From Patescibacteria group bacterium (GTDB lineage Bacteria; Patescibacteriota; Microgenomatia; UBA12405): 60,442 nt of DNA. The notes under the pieces were generated by a model, which was not told the origin of the DNA, made no database searches, and saw only the letters and a list, made by a program, of their open reading frames with translations. Position numbers and translations under genes: made by a program. Positions 9,190 through 18,053 of this stretch are shown here, one piece after another; position 1 is the first letter of the stretch; each line of letters starts with the position of its first letter. Location of the stretch: assembly GCA_013387215.1 (NCBI GenBank), contig WARW01000001.1, positions 185,301 to 245,742 on the forward strand, read 5' to 3'.

Positions 9190-9756
9190 TTGGCACGCAA
9201 AGGTTGGCATAAGGACCCAATCAGTAAAAAATGGCTGTCTCCAGAAGAGTTCAAAAAACTACAGGTAGAAAGGGATAATTTTATGGACGACAATCAGCCA
9301 GAGAATTTGAGCGATATAAATATTCCAGAATCTCCATTATCGCGGCCTGAGATGCACATTGCCAATGAAACTAAGATCCCCATTGAACAATTAACTGCAA
9401 CAATCAGCCAAAAAATTAGGCACGGTACTGCGTATGTTGTCCTAAACCCAAAAGATCAGGTTTTATATGTAGTGGTATTGACCGGATTTATGGTTATCGT
9501 TGAAGATAGTACCGGTCATCATCCCGATATGATGTTTCGCTTGAGTTCGTATACCAATACTGAGTTTGAACATGAAGGAGGCGTAATTTATTTTATGACC
9601 GATCCGACCCGTATTTCGTTTCATCCGGAGTTTCGCTGTGTTGCCCAGGTATTCGTTAAAGTAACAAACGATATTGTTCGGGCTTACTATTTTTATCCAG
9701 ATGGAACCTACAATTACGATGATTTAAGAAGTTCAGAGATGCTAAAACCATCTTGA
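9190..9756 (+). CDS. Hypothetical protein (TTG start)
   Basis: 188-aa ORF with AAAGGAAAA upstream of TTG 9190. No TM helix and no recognisable motifs. Confidence 0.55.
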   Translation: MARKGWHKDPISKKWLSPEEFKKLQVERDNFMDDNQPENLSDINIPESPLSRPEMHIANETKIPIEQLTATISQKIRHGTAYVVLNPKDQVLYVVVLTGFMVIVEDSTGHHPDMMFRLSSYTNTEFEHEGGVIYFMTDPTRISFHPEFRCVAQVFVKVTNDIVRAYYFYPDGTYNYDDLRSSEMLKPS

Positions 9757-9776
9757 TCTGGCTTTCCTAACCAAAG

Positions 9777-9826
9777 GGACCAAAAAAATACATACCGACT
9801 CTGCTGGTGTGAAAGTTTTTTGGTCC
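9777..9826. terminator. Bidirectional terminator hairpin
   Basis: GGACCAAAAAA (9777-9787) pairs perfectly with TTTTTTGGTCC (9816-9826). It sits between convergent genes. Confidence 0.6.
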
Positions 9827-9848
9827 TGATGGTTGGGTTGGTTTTAGT

Positions 9849-10610
9849 TTATTTACTTTCAGCCCACTGGCCTCTCATTTTAATCGGCAAAATATCAGCT
9901 AAATTCCGCATCAATATGTCTGTTGTCAAACTTTTATCGCCTTTTTCTGAAATAATCATTTCACCCACACTTAAATTCAATCTTTTTCCAAAATTCAAAC
10001 CGCTTCGATTGTAATCACCCTCGTAAGAAATTCCAATGGGCACATAAGCAACTGGCTGCAGAAATCTCCCGATTGATAACATACCTTCTTCGCCTGGTCC
10101 CAAAATTCCATCATCACTTCTGTGGCCTTCAGGACAAATCAAACACCCGGTCGCTGTTTCTGATTTATTTAATTCTTTTAAGCGTCGAAATAATTTTAAA
10201 TATGTTTCATTTGCCTGTTCTTGGGTATAACCATATTCAGGATTATTAATTTGATATGTTTGTATTACTCGTCTCATTTCCACTCCGCAGGCTTCAGAAA
10301 TTTTTTTCATATGCATAGTGCCGCCATTATTTGATCTTTCTGGATCAGTATGAGAATAAGAAATCGGGGCAATTATATGACGGGTCTTTTTGGGATCAAT
10401 CAATCCCGCCACATGGCCAGCTAATAGTGGATCGCTAAAACAAATATGATTAAAGTATCCAACAAAATTTACTTTTTTATTTTCACTTAAATATTCCTTA
10501 ATATTGGAAATATTTTGTTTTGATTCCTGATCGATATTTAATCGATAAACCATTCTGGGTAACAAATTTCCAACTATGGTTCGGTTAAAGTTTTTTATTA
10601 TTTCTGCCAC
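9849..10610 (-). CDS. PlsC-type acyltransferase family protein
   Basis: FNHICFSDP is the H-x4-D motif, and ICPEGHRSDDG corresponds to FPEGTRS block III. GTG start at 10610. Confidence 0.65.
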   Translation of the reverse strand: MAEIIKNFNRTIVGNLLPRMVYRLNIDQESKQNISNIKEYLSENKKVNFVGYFNHICFSDPLLAGHVAGLIDPKKTRHIIAPISYSHTDPERSNNGGTMHMKKISEACGVEMRRVIQTYQINNPEYGYTQEQANETYLKLFRRLKELNKSETATGCLICPEGHRSDDGILGPGEEGMLSIGRFLQPVAYVPIGISYEGDYNRSGLNFGKRLNLSVGEMIISEKGDKSLTTDILMRNLADILPIKMRGQWAESK

Positions 10611-10615
10611 ACCGT

Positions 10616-10621
10616 ATTATA
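10616..10621 (-). promoter_or_regulatory. -10 hexamer TATAAT 5 nt before GTG 10610
   Basis: The minus strand reads CATGTATAATacggtGTG. Confidence 0.45.
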
Positions 10622-10644
10622 CATGCCAAACTCTTGTTGACGCG

Positions 10645-10690
10645 CCGGGCTGTTTATTGGTTGAGATTTACTCACCATTAAACAGCCCGG
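10645..10690. other. GC-rich perfect 12-bp hairpin
   Basis: CCGGGCTGTTTA (10645-10656) pairs with TAAACAGCCCGG (10679-10690) across a 22-nt loop. No adjacent U-run follows on the minus strand. Confidence 0.6.
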
Positions 10691-10801
10691 GTCAGCTTTA
10701 GATTTTTTTGGCTCAAACTTGTGCCTTTCCAAATAAGCCAAAAAAACTTACTGCTGTCACGCGTCGGGTATAAACAAAGCATCACAATTTTGACCGATCT
10801 C

Positions 10802-11947
10802 TCACGGATCCCACTGCATTTGAAACCCGATTGAACATTCGGTGCCATTCGACAATTCTTTCGTTGCCCGCCAAGTGTATAGCATTCCCAAAAGAGGGGG
10901 AGTTCCGCGCTGGCTTGTTGCTTTCAGATCCCATTTTGGGCCTATGCCAGTTGAGAGATACATGTTGTACCATCCCAAATAGGAATCTTTGGCTGCCAAT
11001 CCGTCTCCTGTCGCATAACTTATGGTTTCACCAGCTTTGAAAACATTTCCGAATGTATAAATTGGTCCAGGTGTTTCTCCAAAAGTTCTGCTTACGGTCG
11101 TTCGATTTGGCAAACTGACTATCATTGTCAAATCTGAACAGCTTAAATCTTTTGGCATACTAACTATCGGGAGAAAGACCGTATAAACTGCCGGCGGGTC
11201 GCAGTTTAAATCAGTTTTCTCGAGATTGAATCTGCCCATCAATGCTCCATCAAGAGAGCTTACTTCTGCAGATCCCCAAACTCGGCCTTTGAAGTTATAG
11301 AAGTGATTTTCGATCCTTTCTTCTGGTCCTCCCCATTCGCCTGGTTTGACTAACTGATATTCAATTGGAACTGTGGAAATCAAGCTTGCAGTTTGTCCCT
11401 CCGGTTCTGCCCAGATTTCTCCAGTCACTTTAACGGTTTTATTCGTCTGATTATGAATCCGGATTTCCACTTGGTTTGGTTCAACGCCGCAGGCCATAAT
11501 CAATTGGGACCCAATTAGTATTGGATCATTTGCTTGCTGACAATTTAAACCACTTGGTGCCAGTTCGGTGCTGCCGATCAGATTATCGTTCAAATATACT
11601 TTGATCGTGCCCCATACTGTTCCTGCAAATCCGGGAATTGCGTCTCCGACTCTTTCTTCTGGTCCTCCCCATTCGCCTGGTTTGACTAACTGATATTCAA
11701 TTGGAACTGTGGAAATCAAGCTTGCAGTTTGTCCCTCCGGTTCTGCCCAGATTTCTCCAGTCACTTTAATGGTCTGGTTGGTCTGATTTAAGACCCTGAT
11801 TCCCACCATATTTGGCTCGGCACCGCAACTTGCTGTCATTTGAATGCCCAGCGAAGTCGGAAAACTTGCCTCTGCCCTGGCCTTGGAAAAACCAAAGGTG
11901 AACACTATCATGGCGACTGCTATTGCAATCAACTTACCCTTGTACAT
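10802..11947 (-). CDS. Secreted protein with tandemly duplicated ~112-aa domain
   Basis: ATG 11947 (MYKGKLIAIAVAMIV..., a signal peptide) lies 5 nt after AAGGAG (rc of 11953-11958). The track start GTG 11953 falls inside the SD. VKVTGEIWAEPEGQTASLISTVPIEYQLVKPGEWGGPEER occurs twice. Confidence 0.75.
   Translation of the reverse strand: MYKGKLIAIAVAMIVFTFGFSKARAEASFPTSLGIQMTASCGAEPNMVGIRVLNQTNQTIKVTGEIWAEPEGQTASLISTVPIEYQLVKPGEWGGPEERVGDAIPGFAGTVWGTIKVYLNDNLIGSTELAPSGLNCQQANDPILIGSQLIMACGVEPNQVEIRIHNQTNKTVKVTGEIWAEPEGQTASLISTVPIEYQLVKPGEWGGPEERIENHFYNFKGRVWGSAEVSSLDGALMGRFNLEKTDLNCDPPAVYTVFLPIVSMPKDLSCSDLTMIVSLPNRTTVSRTFGETPGPIYTFGNVFKAGETISYATGDGLAAKDSYLGWYNMYLSTGIGPKWDLKATSQRGTPPLLGMLYTWRATKELSNGTECSIGFQMQWDP
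11316..11769 (-). repeat. 118-nt perfect direct repeat inside the CDS (copies 11316-11433 and 11652-11769)
   Basis: I read identical sequence in both copies at an offset of 336 nt (112 codons). The flanking sequence has diverged. Confidence 0.9.
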
Positions 11948-12165
11948 TCTCACTCCTTTCTTCGTAATTTCTTCCTTATCTAGTGTGTTAATGTTCGTTT
12001 ATACCCAATGTCAATCTACGAGATCCATATTATACATATGTTAAAAATACGTAAGGATTGGGTAAAACAAAGCAAAAATTTATATATTTAATCAACCCAT
12101 AAATATATCAAAATATATCAAAACTAACAAAAAAATAGCTAGCTTTAATGTAAAATATCTACTGC

Positions 12166-12750
12166 TTGATTACAAAATATTTTATATTCACGAGTTCTAT
12201 TATTTTTAGCTTAGCTGTCTATTTGACTCATACAATCACACTATCTCCAGCTAATTTGCCGCCTGTCAAAATTAGTCCTATTGATGTCAAAGCCGGCACT
12301 AACCTGCCAAGTACTCCCGTAAAAATATCTATTCCAGCGATTAAACTTGATACTCAAATTCTTTCGGTCACTCTCAATTCTGAAAATATTGTCGACGTCC
12401 CCGCTTCAGACGTTGGTTGGTATCAGAATGGTCCCAGGCCAGGAGAAATTGGCAATGCCACCCTCGATGGTCATTTTGTCGACACTAATTTTAATCCCGG
12501 TGTTTTTTATAATTTATCAAAATTAAAAATAGGGGATGACATCTATACTTTTGACCAGAATAACCAGCAATTTCATTTTAAAGTGGTGCAGGTTGCAACA
12601 GTAAAAACCGACAATTTTTCTGTAGAAAATTTTTATGGCTTAACTGATAAGAAAAGATTAAATCTGGTAACTTGTGCTGGAGTGTATGATAAAAACAAGC
12701 ACAACTTTTCCCAAAGAACCCTTGTTTATTCAGAGCTGGTCGACAATTAA
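12166..12750 (+). CDS. Sortase family transpeptidase
   Basis: N-terminal TM anchor, a His context (ATLDGHFVD), the catalytic LNLVTCAG (TLxTC-like) and a downstream Arg (SQRTLVY). TTG start. Confidence 0.8.
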   Translation: MITKYFIFTSSIIFSLAVYLTHTITLSPANLPPVKISPIDVKAGTNLPSTPVKISIPAIKLDTQILSVTLNSENIVDVPASDVGWYQNGPRPGEIGNATLDGHFVDTNFNPGVFYNLSKLKIGDDIYTFDQNNQQFHFKVVQVATVKTDNFSVENFYGLTDKKRLNLVTCAGVYDKNKHNFSQRTLVYSELVDN

Positions 12751-13502
12751 GATTTACGTTTTAAAATTTTATCTTTTAAAGAAATTTTCTTTTTCTTAAT
12801 AATTCTCTCGTGATGTTTTATTTCTGTTTTGCCCGTCTTCAAAACCTCAATAATATTTTTTGGGTCATCAATTATCATTGAATTAAATCTTCTGGCCATT
12901 CTTTTGGCACTGTGGGCATCACTGTTTGAGTAAACCGGAATACCTAATTTGGCTAAATATTTTTTAGTGGATCTATGCCAAAGATTATAAAGTTTTTTTG
13001 GTGATCTTCTTTCTAGTTCATCATTATGAACCTCAGCTCCGTGCACCAATCCATTCTTGTAATAATCTTCCAAAACTTTCTTTTTGACCGACATTAATCC
13101 CGTCAAAATACATGGGTGTGCCGCAATCACCAAGCCTCCATTTTTAACCGACCATTCAAGCATTTCTCTCATTTCATTTTTCTTGACTTTGATAGCTACT
13201 TTTTTAGCTCTTAATTTCCATTCCTTTAATTTAGCTTCTGCTTTTTCTGGCTCAATCCCCAAAACTAAAAAATGACCTCTCTTTAAAGATATTTCAAATC
13301 CTGGAATTAAAGTAATTTTATACTTTTTATACACTTCGGCTGGATCAAGTCCATGCAATGCCGAATTATGATCTGTAATTGCCACCACATCCATCCCGGC
13401 TTTCATCGCACTTATTATCATTTTTTCTGCTTCGTGTTTGCCATCACTGATGTTTGTATGGCTATGCAGGTCGAATTTTATTTCTTTTCCTTTATTAATC
13501 AC
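12747..13502 (-). CDS. PHP-domain metal-dependent phosphoesterase
   Basis: DLHSHTNISDG and AITDHN are PHP motifs, and there is a C-terminal SDAHS. Confidence 0.75.
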   Translation of the reverse strand: MINKGKEIKFDLHSHTNISDGKHEAEKMIISAMKAGMDVVAITDHNSALHGLDPAEVYKKYKITLIPGFEISLKRGHFLVLGIEPEKAEAKLKEWKLRAKKVAIKVKKNEMREMLEWSVKNGGLVIAAHPCILTGLMSVKKKVLEDYYKNGLVHGAEVHNDELERRSPKKLYNLWHRSTKKYLAKLGIPVYSNSDAHSAKRMARRFNSMIIDDPKNIIEVLKTGKTEIKHHERIIKKKKISLKDKILKRKS

Positions 13503-13511
13503 TCGAAAATT

Positions 13512-14453
13512 TTACCACTGATCAATAATTTCGTCTATTTTTCCGCTAGCCGCTCCTACAACTCGGTCTGCTCCGCCATAATAGACCATTAGTTCATTCT
13601 TAATAAGCACCGCACCACAGGGAAAAACAACATTATTTACTACTCCATTTTTTTCATATTCTGTTTCTGGCTCCAAAAGGGGATCCTTAGTTCTGTAAAT
13701 TACTTTTGTTGGATTTTTTAAATCCAAAAGCATTGCTCCAACCCGATATTGATTATCTAGTTTGCTGACACCATGATATAGCAGCAGCCAGCCTTTTTTG
13801 GTTTTAATTGGTGTTGTTGAAATTCCAATTCTTTCACTATCCCAGCTGTTGTTTCTGTTTGGAATACAAAGTTTACCTTCTAAAAACTTACTGTTTTTAA
13901 ACTCTAAATTATTCAAAAGATCAATAACGATCCCTTTTCCTCCCAATCGGTGAAAAAATACGAATTTATCATCAAACTTTTCCGGTAAAATACAAGCGTC
14001 CTTATCTTTGGCATTTGGACAAGAAATTAAGACTGGCATTTTCCAATTCCATTTTTTATTTAAAAAGTCATTTACTGAAATTGAAGTTAAGGCCACTCTA
14101 GGCGGATTAATTCCATCATAAGCCGTATAGCACATATATAAAACCTTACCAAACTGGGTAATTCTTGGATCCTCGCAGCCCGAATTGTTAATAGGGTCTT
14201 TTTTAAATTCAAACTCACTTCGTGGAACATAAATCGGTCTATCCAAACGCTCATCAAAATCAACTCCATTTTCACTTGATGCATATCCAAAAACCGAAAC
14301 ATTGTCTTCTCCCATGGCTCGGTAAATTAAATGAATCCGTCCGTTCAGGTTTATTGCTGTTGGGTTAAAAGTAGCTTTTGCTTCCCATTTATGGTCTTTA
14401 ATCGGTTCAATTATTGGATTGTCTTTTATTCGATTCAGTTTGGGCATAATCAA
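13512..14453 (-). CDS. GH130 family glycoside phosphorylase/hydrolase (DUF377-type)
   Basis: NPIIEP...WEAKATFNPTA...IHLIYRA...EDPRIT, with a five-bladed propeller-like repeat pattern typical of GH130. The likely true start is ATG 14447; the track uses TTG 14453. Confidence 0.75.
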   Translation of the reverse strand: MIMPKLNRIKDNPIIEPIKDHKWEAKATFNPTAINLNGRIHLIYRAMGEDNVSVFGYASSENGVDFDERLDRPIYVPRSEFEFKKDPINNSGCEDPRITQFGKVLYMCYTAYDGINPPRVALTSISVNDFLNKKWNWKMPVLISCPNAKDKDACILPEKFDDKFVFFHRLGGKGIVIDLLNNLEFKNSKFLEGKLCIPNRNNSWDSERIGISTTPIKTKKGWLLLYHGVSKLDNQYRVGAMLLDLKNPTKVIYRTKDPLLEPETEYEKNGVVNNVVFPCGAVLIKNELMVYYGGADRVVGAASGKIDEIIDQW

Positions 14454-14543
14454 TCAGCTAATTAATTCTATCAAATTATTAACTTTGTATATTTCTTAAC
14501 TATTAGAAAAATTTTTTTTGATTATTGATAGTAAATCTGTTAA

Positions 14544-14549
14544 TATAAT
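14544..14549 (+). promoter_or_regulatory. -10 hexamer TATAAT 6 nt before ATG 14556 (greA)
   Basis: gttaaTATAATtactccATG. Confidence 0.45.
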
Positions 14550-14555
14550 TACTCC

Positions 14556-15005
14556 ATGATTACTAAACTAGGAAAAATAAAATTAGAAGAACAGCTTCAC
14601 GAACTAGAACAGGAACTTCAACGAACTAGCGAAGAACGGGGCAAAGCTGCTGCTGAAGGCGATTTAAAAGAAAATTCTGCTTACATTTTTTTAGGTGAAA
14701 GAGCCGAAGTTCTTCGTTCACAAATTGCCCAAATTAAGGAAGATCTAAAAACATCAGTTGTTTTGCCCGCCCCAACTCAAACCGAAACAGTTGGTTTTGG
14801 ACATCGTCTCAAGGTTCGTTTTGAACAAGATGGCCGTGAAATTACTATTACTTTAGTTGGTAAAAATGACGGTCGAATTAAACCTGATTGGATATCCATC
14901 GAAAGTCCTATTGGTATTGCTGTATTAGGTAAAAAGAAACTAGATAAAGTTATAGTCAACGATAATGTCGTTACTATAATCGATATTTCTGTTGGCGAAA
15001 TTTAA
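14556..15005 (+). CDS. greA: Transcription elongation factor GreA
   Basis: 149 aa with an N-terminal coiled coil carrying GDLKENSAY (GreA GDLSENAEY), and a C-terminal FKBP-like domain. Confidence 0.85.
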   Translation: MITKLGKIKLEEQLHELEQELQRTSEERGKAAAEGDLKENSAYIFLGERAEVLRSQIAQIKEDLKTSVVLPAPTQTETVGFGHRLKVRFEQDGREITITLVGKNDGRIKPDWISIESPIGIAVLGKKKLDKVIVNDNVVTIIDISVGEI

Positions 15006-15019
15006 ATTTCTTAAAACAT

Positions 15020-15601
15020 ATGAAAACTAAAGCAATAATTGCGATTATTGTTTTGTTATTGTTTGGAATTGGAACAGGATTAATTATCTTTAACCGGCTA
15101 TCTGTTGTTAAAAATACTCAACCAGCGCCTTGGCCTGTCGAAATCAGTCAGTTAAAATCTCGCTTAGCTGCTATGAATCTGCCTACTCTAACCACCGAAG
15201 GCACCACTCTTCATATTCATCAGCATCTCGACATCTATATTAATGGTCAAAAAATTCCAGTTCCTGCCGGCATTGGAATTAATGAACAAGAAGGTTTTAT
15301 TGCTCCAATCCACACCCACGATAATACTGGAATTATTCATGTGGAATCGCCAACCATTCAAAATTTTACTCTCGGTCAATTTTTTAATATTTGGGATGTT
15401 CGTTTTAATCAAAATTGTATAGGCGACTATTGCAATAGTGATAATTCAAGCTTAAGAATATTTTCCAATGGTCAGGAAGTCAAATCGAATTTCACCAATC
15501 TAGTTTTAGAACCACATCAAGAAATTGTGCTTGTATATGGAACTAATCAAAACTTGCCAAAGCCTATTCCTTCTCAATATAGTTTTCCCGAAAACTACTA
15601 A
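15020..15601 (+). CDS. Membrane-anchored His-rich extracytoplasmic protein
   Basis: N-terminal TM helix. LHIHQHLDIYINGQKIPVPAGIGI and PIHTHDNTGIIHVESP are histidine clusters. It lies immediately upstream of the P-type ATPase. Confidence 0.6.
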   Translation: MKTKAIIAIIVLLLFGIGTGLIIFNRLSVVKNTQPAPWPVEISQLKSRLAAMNLPTLTTEGTTLHIHQHLDIYINGQKIPVPAGIGINEQEGFIAPIHTHDNTGIIHVESPTIQNFTLGQFFNIWDVRFNQNCIGDYCNSDNSSLRIFSNGQEVKSNFTNLVLEPHQEIVLVYGTNQNLPKPIPSQYSFPENY

Positions 15602-15653
15602 AGTTTGCATCTACTTGTAATACCTTGTTGGTATTTCTAATATTAACTTACTG

Positions 15654-17531
15654 ATGAATAATATTGTATTGAATTTTAAATTTAACCTAGCCTTGGTTTT
15701 TGGCTTAGCTATTGTTTTAACGTCCAGCTATATTTTTCCAGCCTCTGCTTTTAATTCACTTCTTTTGATAATCATTGGTCTTTTAGCCACTGTTCCTGTT
15801 ATTTATGGAACCATAAATGTTATTAAAAATAAAAAAATTTCCGTCGATCTTTTGGCTTCAATTGCTTTATTGGTTTCTTTAATTAATCACGAATGGGAAT
15901 CGGTTGCCTTTATTAATTTAATGATAACTTGCGCCAGAATGTTTGGTATTTACACCGAAACTAAAGCAAAAAATAGCATTCAAAGTTTGTTCAAGCTTCG
16001 GCCCGATAAGGTAAAAATCAAGGTTGGTAGCAGTATTAAAATAATCGATATTAAAGATGTTAAGGTCGATGACTTAGTTATTGTTGAAGCTGGAGAAAGG
16101 ATTCCTATTGATGGCACCATCAAAGCTGGAGCCGCTAGTATTGATCAATCATCTTTGACAGGAGAATCGTTGCCTTTGGAAAAAAAAGTCGGAGACCAGG
16201 TTCTCAGTTCTACCCTAAATTTGGCTGGATCGCTTTTGGTTAAGACAGACAAAATTGGTAAAGACACAACTTTTGAAAAAATAGTCGGTCTCATGGAAGA
16301 TGCACAAGCCCACAAAGTTAATATTGAAACTTTTATTGAAAAATTCACCTCCAAATATATTTTATTTACATTTATCACTGCTTCTTTAGTCTTAATTTTC
16401 TCCCGAAATATTAATTTGGTTTTATCAATTTTATTAGTCACTTGTGCCGATGATATAGCTGTTGCCGTACCCTTAGCTTTTTGGGCAGCGATTGCCAAAG
16501 CAGCTAAAAAGGGAATTGTCATAAAAGGCGGTAATTACCTTGAAGGACTAATGCGTTGCCGCATGTTAATAGTCGACAAAACTGGCACTCTAACCAGGGG
16601 CAGAATTAAAGTCAATCACATCATTGCTTTTGGTGCTCCAATCAAAAGAATTCTTAAGTTAGCTTCTATAGCGGAATCAGTTTCTGAACATCCAATTGCC
16701 AGATCTATTGTCGAATATGCCTATGATTCTAAAGTTAAATTCGATATTCCTAGTGATTTTGAAGAAATATCTGGTCGTGGTATGAAAGTAAAATGGCACG
16801 GCAAAAACTTAATTGTTGGCAATTTAGCCCTCTTGAAAGATCAAAAAATAAAAATTGACAACAATGCCTTAAACCAAATTAGCTCAGCAGAATCTGACGG
16901 TCACAACATAGTTGTCGTTGCTTACAACAAAAAATTATTAGGCTTTATTGCTCTTGGTGATGAACTAAGATATGGAATTAAAAGCACTATTGAGAGACTC
17001 AAAAAATTTGGGGTTGTCAGAGTGGTCATGTTGACAGGCGATAATGAAAAAGTCGCTAAAAATGTTGCCAGAGAAATTGGTATTGCGGAATATCATGCTA
17101 ACTTATTACCTAAAGATAAACTAAATTTTGTTAAAAAAGATATTAATTCGAGTTATAAAATTGCCATGGTGGGGGATGGTGTCAATGATGCTGCCGCCCT
17201 GGCTCTGGCCGATGTTGGTATTGCTATGGGTGCGATTGGTTCAGACAGTGCCATTGAGGCAGCAGATATTGCCTTAATGAATGATGAATTTGGCAGAATT
17301 GCCGAAGCAGTTGGTTTAAGTAAAGCCCTCGGCAGAATTATTGTCGAAAATTTTATTATCTGGGCAATTGTAAACAGTGTCGGTTTGATTTTAGTGTTCG
17401 GAAAAATTATTGGACCGCAGGGTGCTGCTGCTTATAACTTCTTTTCCGATTTTTTACCTCTAATTAATTCTTTAAGAATTTTTCAATATCGATATCCCCA
17501 TTTAAATTTAAGGTCTAAACTTCATTTTTAA
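15654..17531 (+). CDS. P1B-like P-type ATPase with atypical transmembrane metal site
   Basis: SLTGES, DKTGTLT, MLTGDN and GDGVNDAAAL are present. The canonical TM CPC is replaced by C-A-D (16443-16451). There is no N-terminal HMA domain. Confidence 0.9.
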   Translation: MNNIVLNFKFNLALVFGLAIVLTSSYIFPASAFNSLLLIIIGLLATVPVIYGTINVIKNKKISVDLLASIALLVSLINHEWESVAFINLMITCARMFGIYTETKAKNSIQSLFKLRPDKVKIKVGSSIKIIDIKDVKVDDLVIVEAGERIPIDGTIKAGAASIDQSSLTGESLPLEKKVGDQVLSSTLNLAGSLLVKTDKIGKDTTFEKIVGLMEDAQAHKVNIETFIEKFTSKYILFTFITASLVLIFSRNINLVLSILLVTCADDIAVAVPLAFWAAIAKAAKKGIVIKGGNYLEGLMRCRMLIVDKTGTLTRGRIKVNHIIAFGAPIKRILKLASIAESVSEHPIARSIVEYAYDSKVKFDIPSDFEEISGRGMKVKWHGKNLIVGNLALLKDQKIKIDNNALNQISSAESDGHNIVVVAYNKKLLGFIALGDELRYGIKSTIERLKKFGVVRVVMLTGDNEKVAKNVAREIGIAEYHANLLPKDKLNFVKKDINSSYKIAMVGDGVNDAAALALADVGIAMGAIGSDSAIEAADIALMNDEFGRIAEAVGLSKALGRIIVENFIIWAIVNSVGLILVFGKIIGPQGAAAYNFFSDFLPLINSLRIFQYRYPHLNLRSKLHF

Positions 17532-17540
17532 AGCAACAAA

Positions 17541-17566
17541 AAACGGCCCCGAAATCGGAGCCGTTT
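17541..17566. terminator. Bidirectional intrinsic terminator
   Basis: AAACGGC..CCG aaat CGG..GCCGTTT hairpin flanked by an A-run and a T-run. It sits between convergent genes. Confidence 0.7.
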
Positions 17567-17586
17567 ATTTAATTATCTAAGATTGA

Positions 17587-17925
17587 TTAGAATCTTGATC
17601 GGTTACCGCCACCAAAACCGCCTCGGTTAGATGAACCGCCTCGGTTAGAGAAATTATCTCTTCGTGGAGGTCTATCTTCCATTGGTCTAGCTTCGTTTAC
17701 TTTAACGGTTCGGCCATCTAATTCTTTTTCGTTCCACATTTGAATAGCTGCTTGAGCTTCTTCGTCTGTGCTCATTTCTACAAATCCAAAACCTTTGGAT
17801 CTGCCAGAAAACTTATCTTTAATAACTACTGCTGAAACGACACTTCCAGCTTGAGCAAATGCTGCTCCTAAGGCTTCATCGGTGGTGTTGAAAGACAATC
17901 CGCCGACATACAATCTTTTTGCCAT
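17587..17925 (-). CDS. RRM-type RNA-binding protein with Gly/Arg-rich tail
   Basis: RNP-2 is LYVGGL and RNP-1 is KGFGFVEM. The C-terminus reads RGGSSNRGGFGGGNRSRF. Confidence 0.9.
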   Translation of the reverse strand: MAKRLYVGGLSFNTTDEALGAAFAQAGSVVSAVVIKDKFSGRSKGFGFVEMSTDEEAQAAIQMWNEKELDGRTVKVNEARPMEDRPPRRDNFSNRGGSSNRGGFGGGNRSRF

Positions 17926-18039
17926 TTTATAAAAAATATTTAACTGTAGAAATAAAACTATCTACCCTTATATTATATCCTATATTTCTCAAAACTTACA
18001 GTAGTCAATCTTGTACAGGGCTTGGTGTTGAATCAAACT

Positions 18040-18048
18040 TGGTATAAT
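18040..18048 (+). promoter_or_regulatory. Extended -10 (TGGTATAAT) 5 nt before ATG 18054
   Basis: cTTGGTATAATtcataATG. No SD is present. Confidence 0.5.
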
Positions 18049-18053
18049 TCATA

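Noticed and set aside
10766-12074. Calling the repeat-protein locus a mobile element
   Set aside because: The only evidence is a 15-16-nt imperfect direct repeat and modestly higher GC. There is no recombinase or terminal inverted repeats, and conserved core genes here are also GC-richer. It is kept as a hypothesis, not as a feature.
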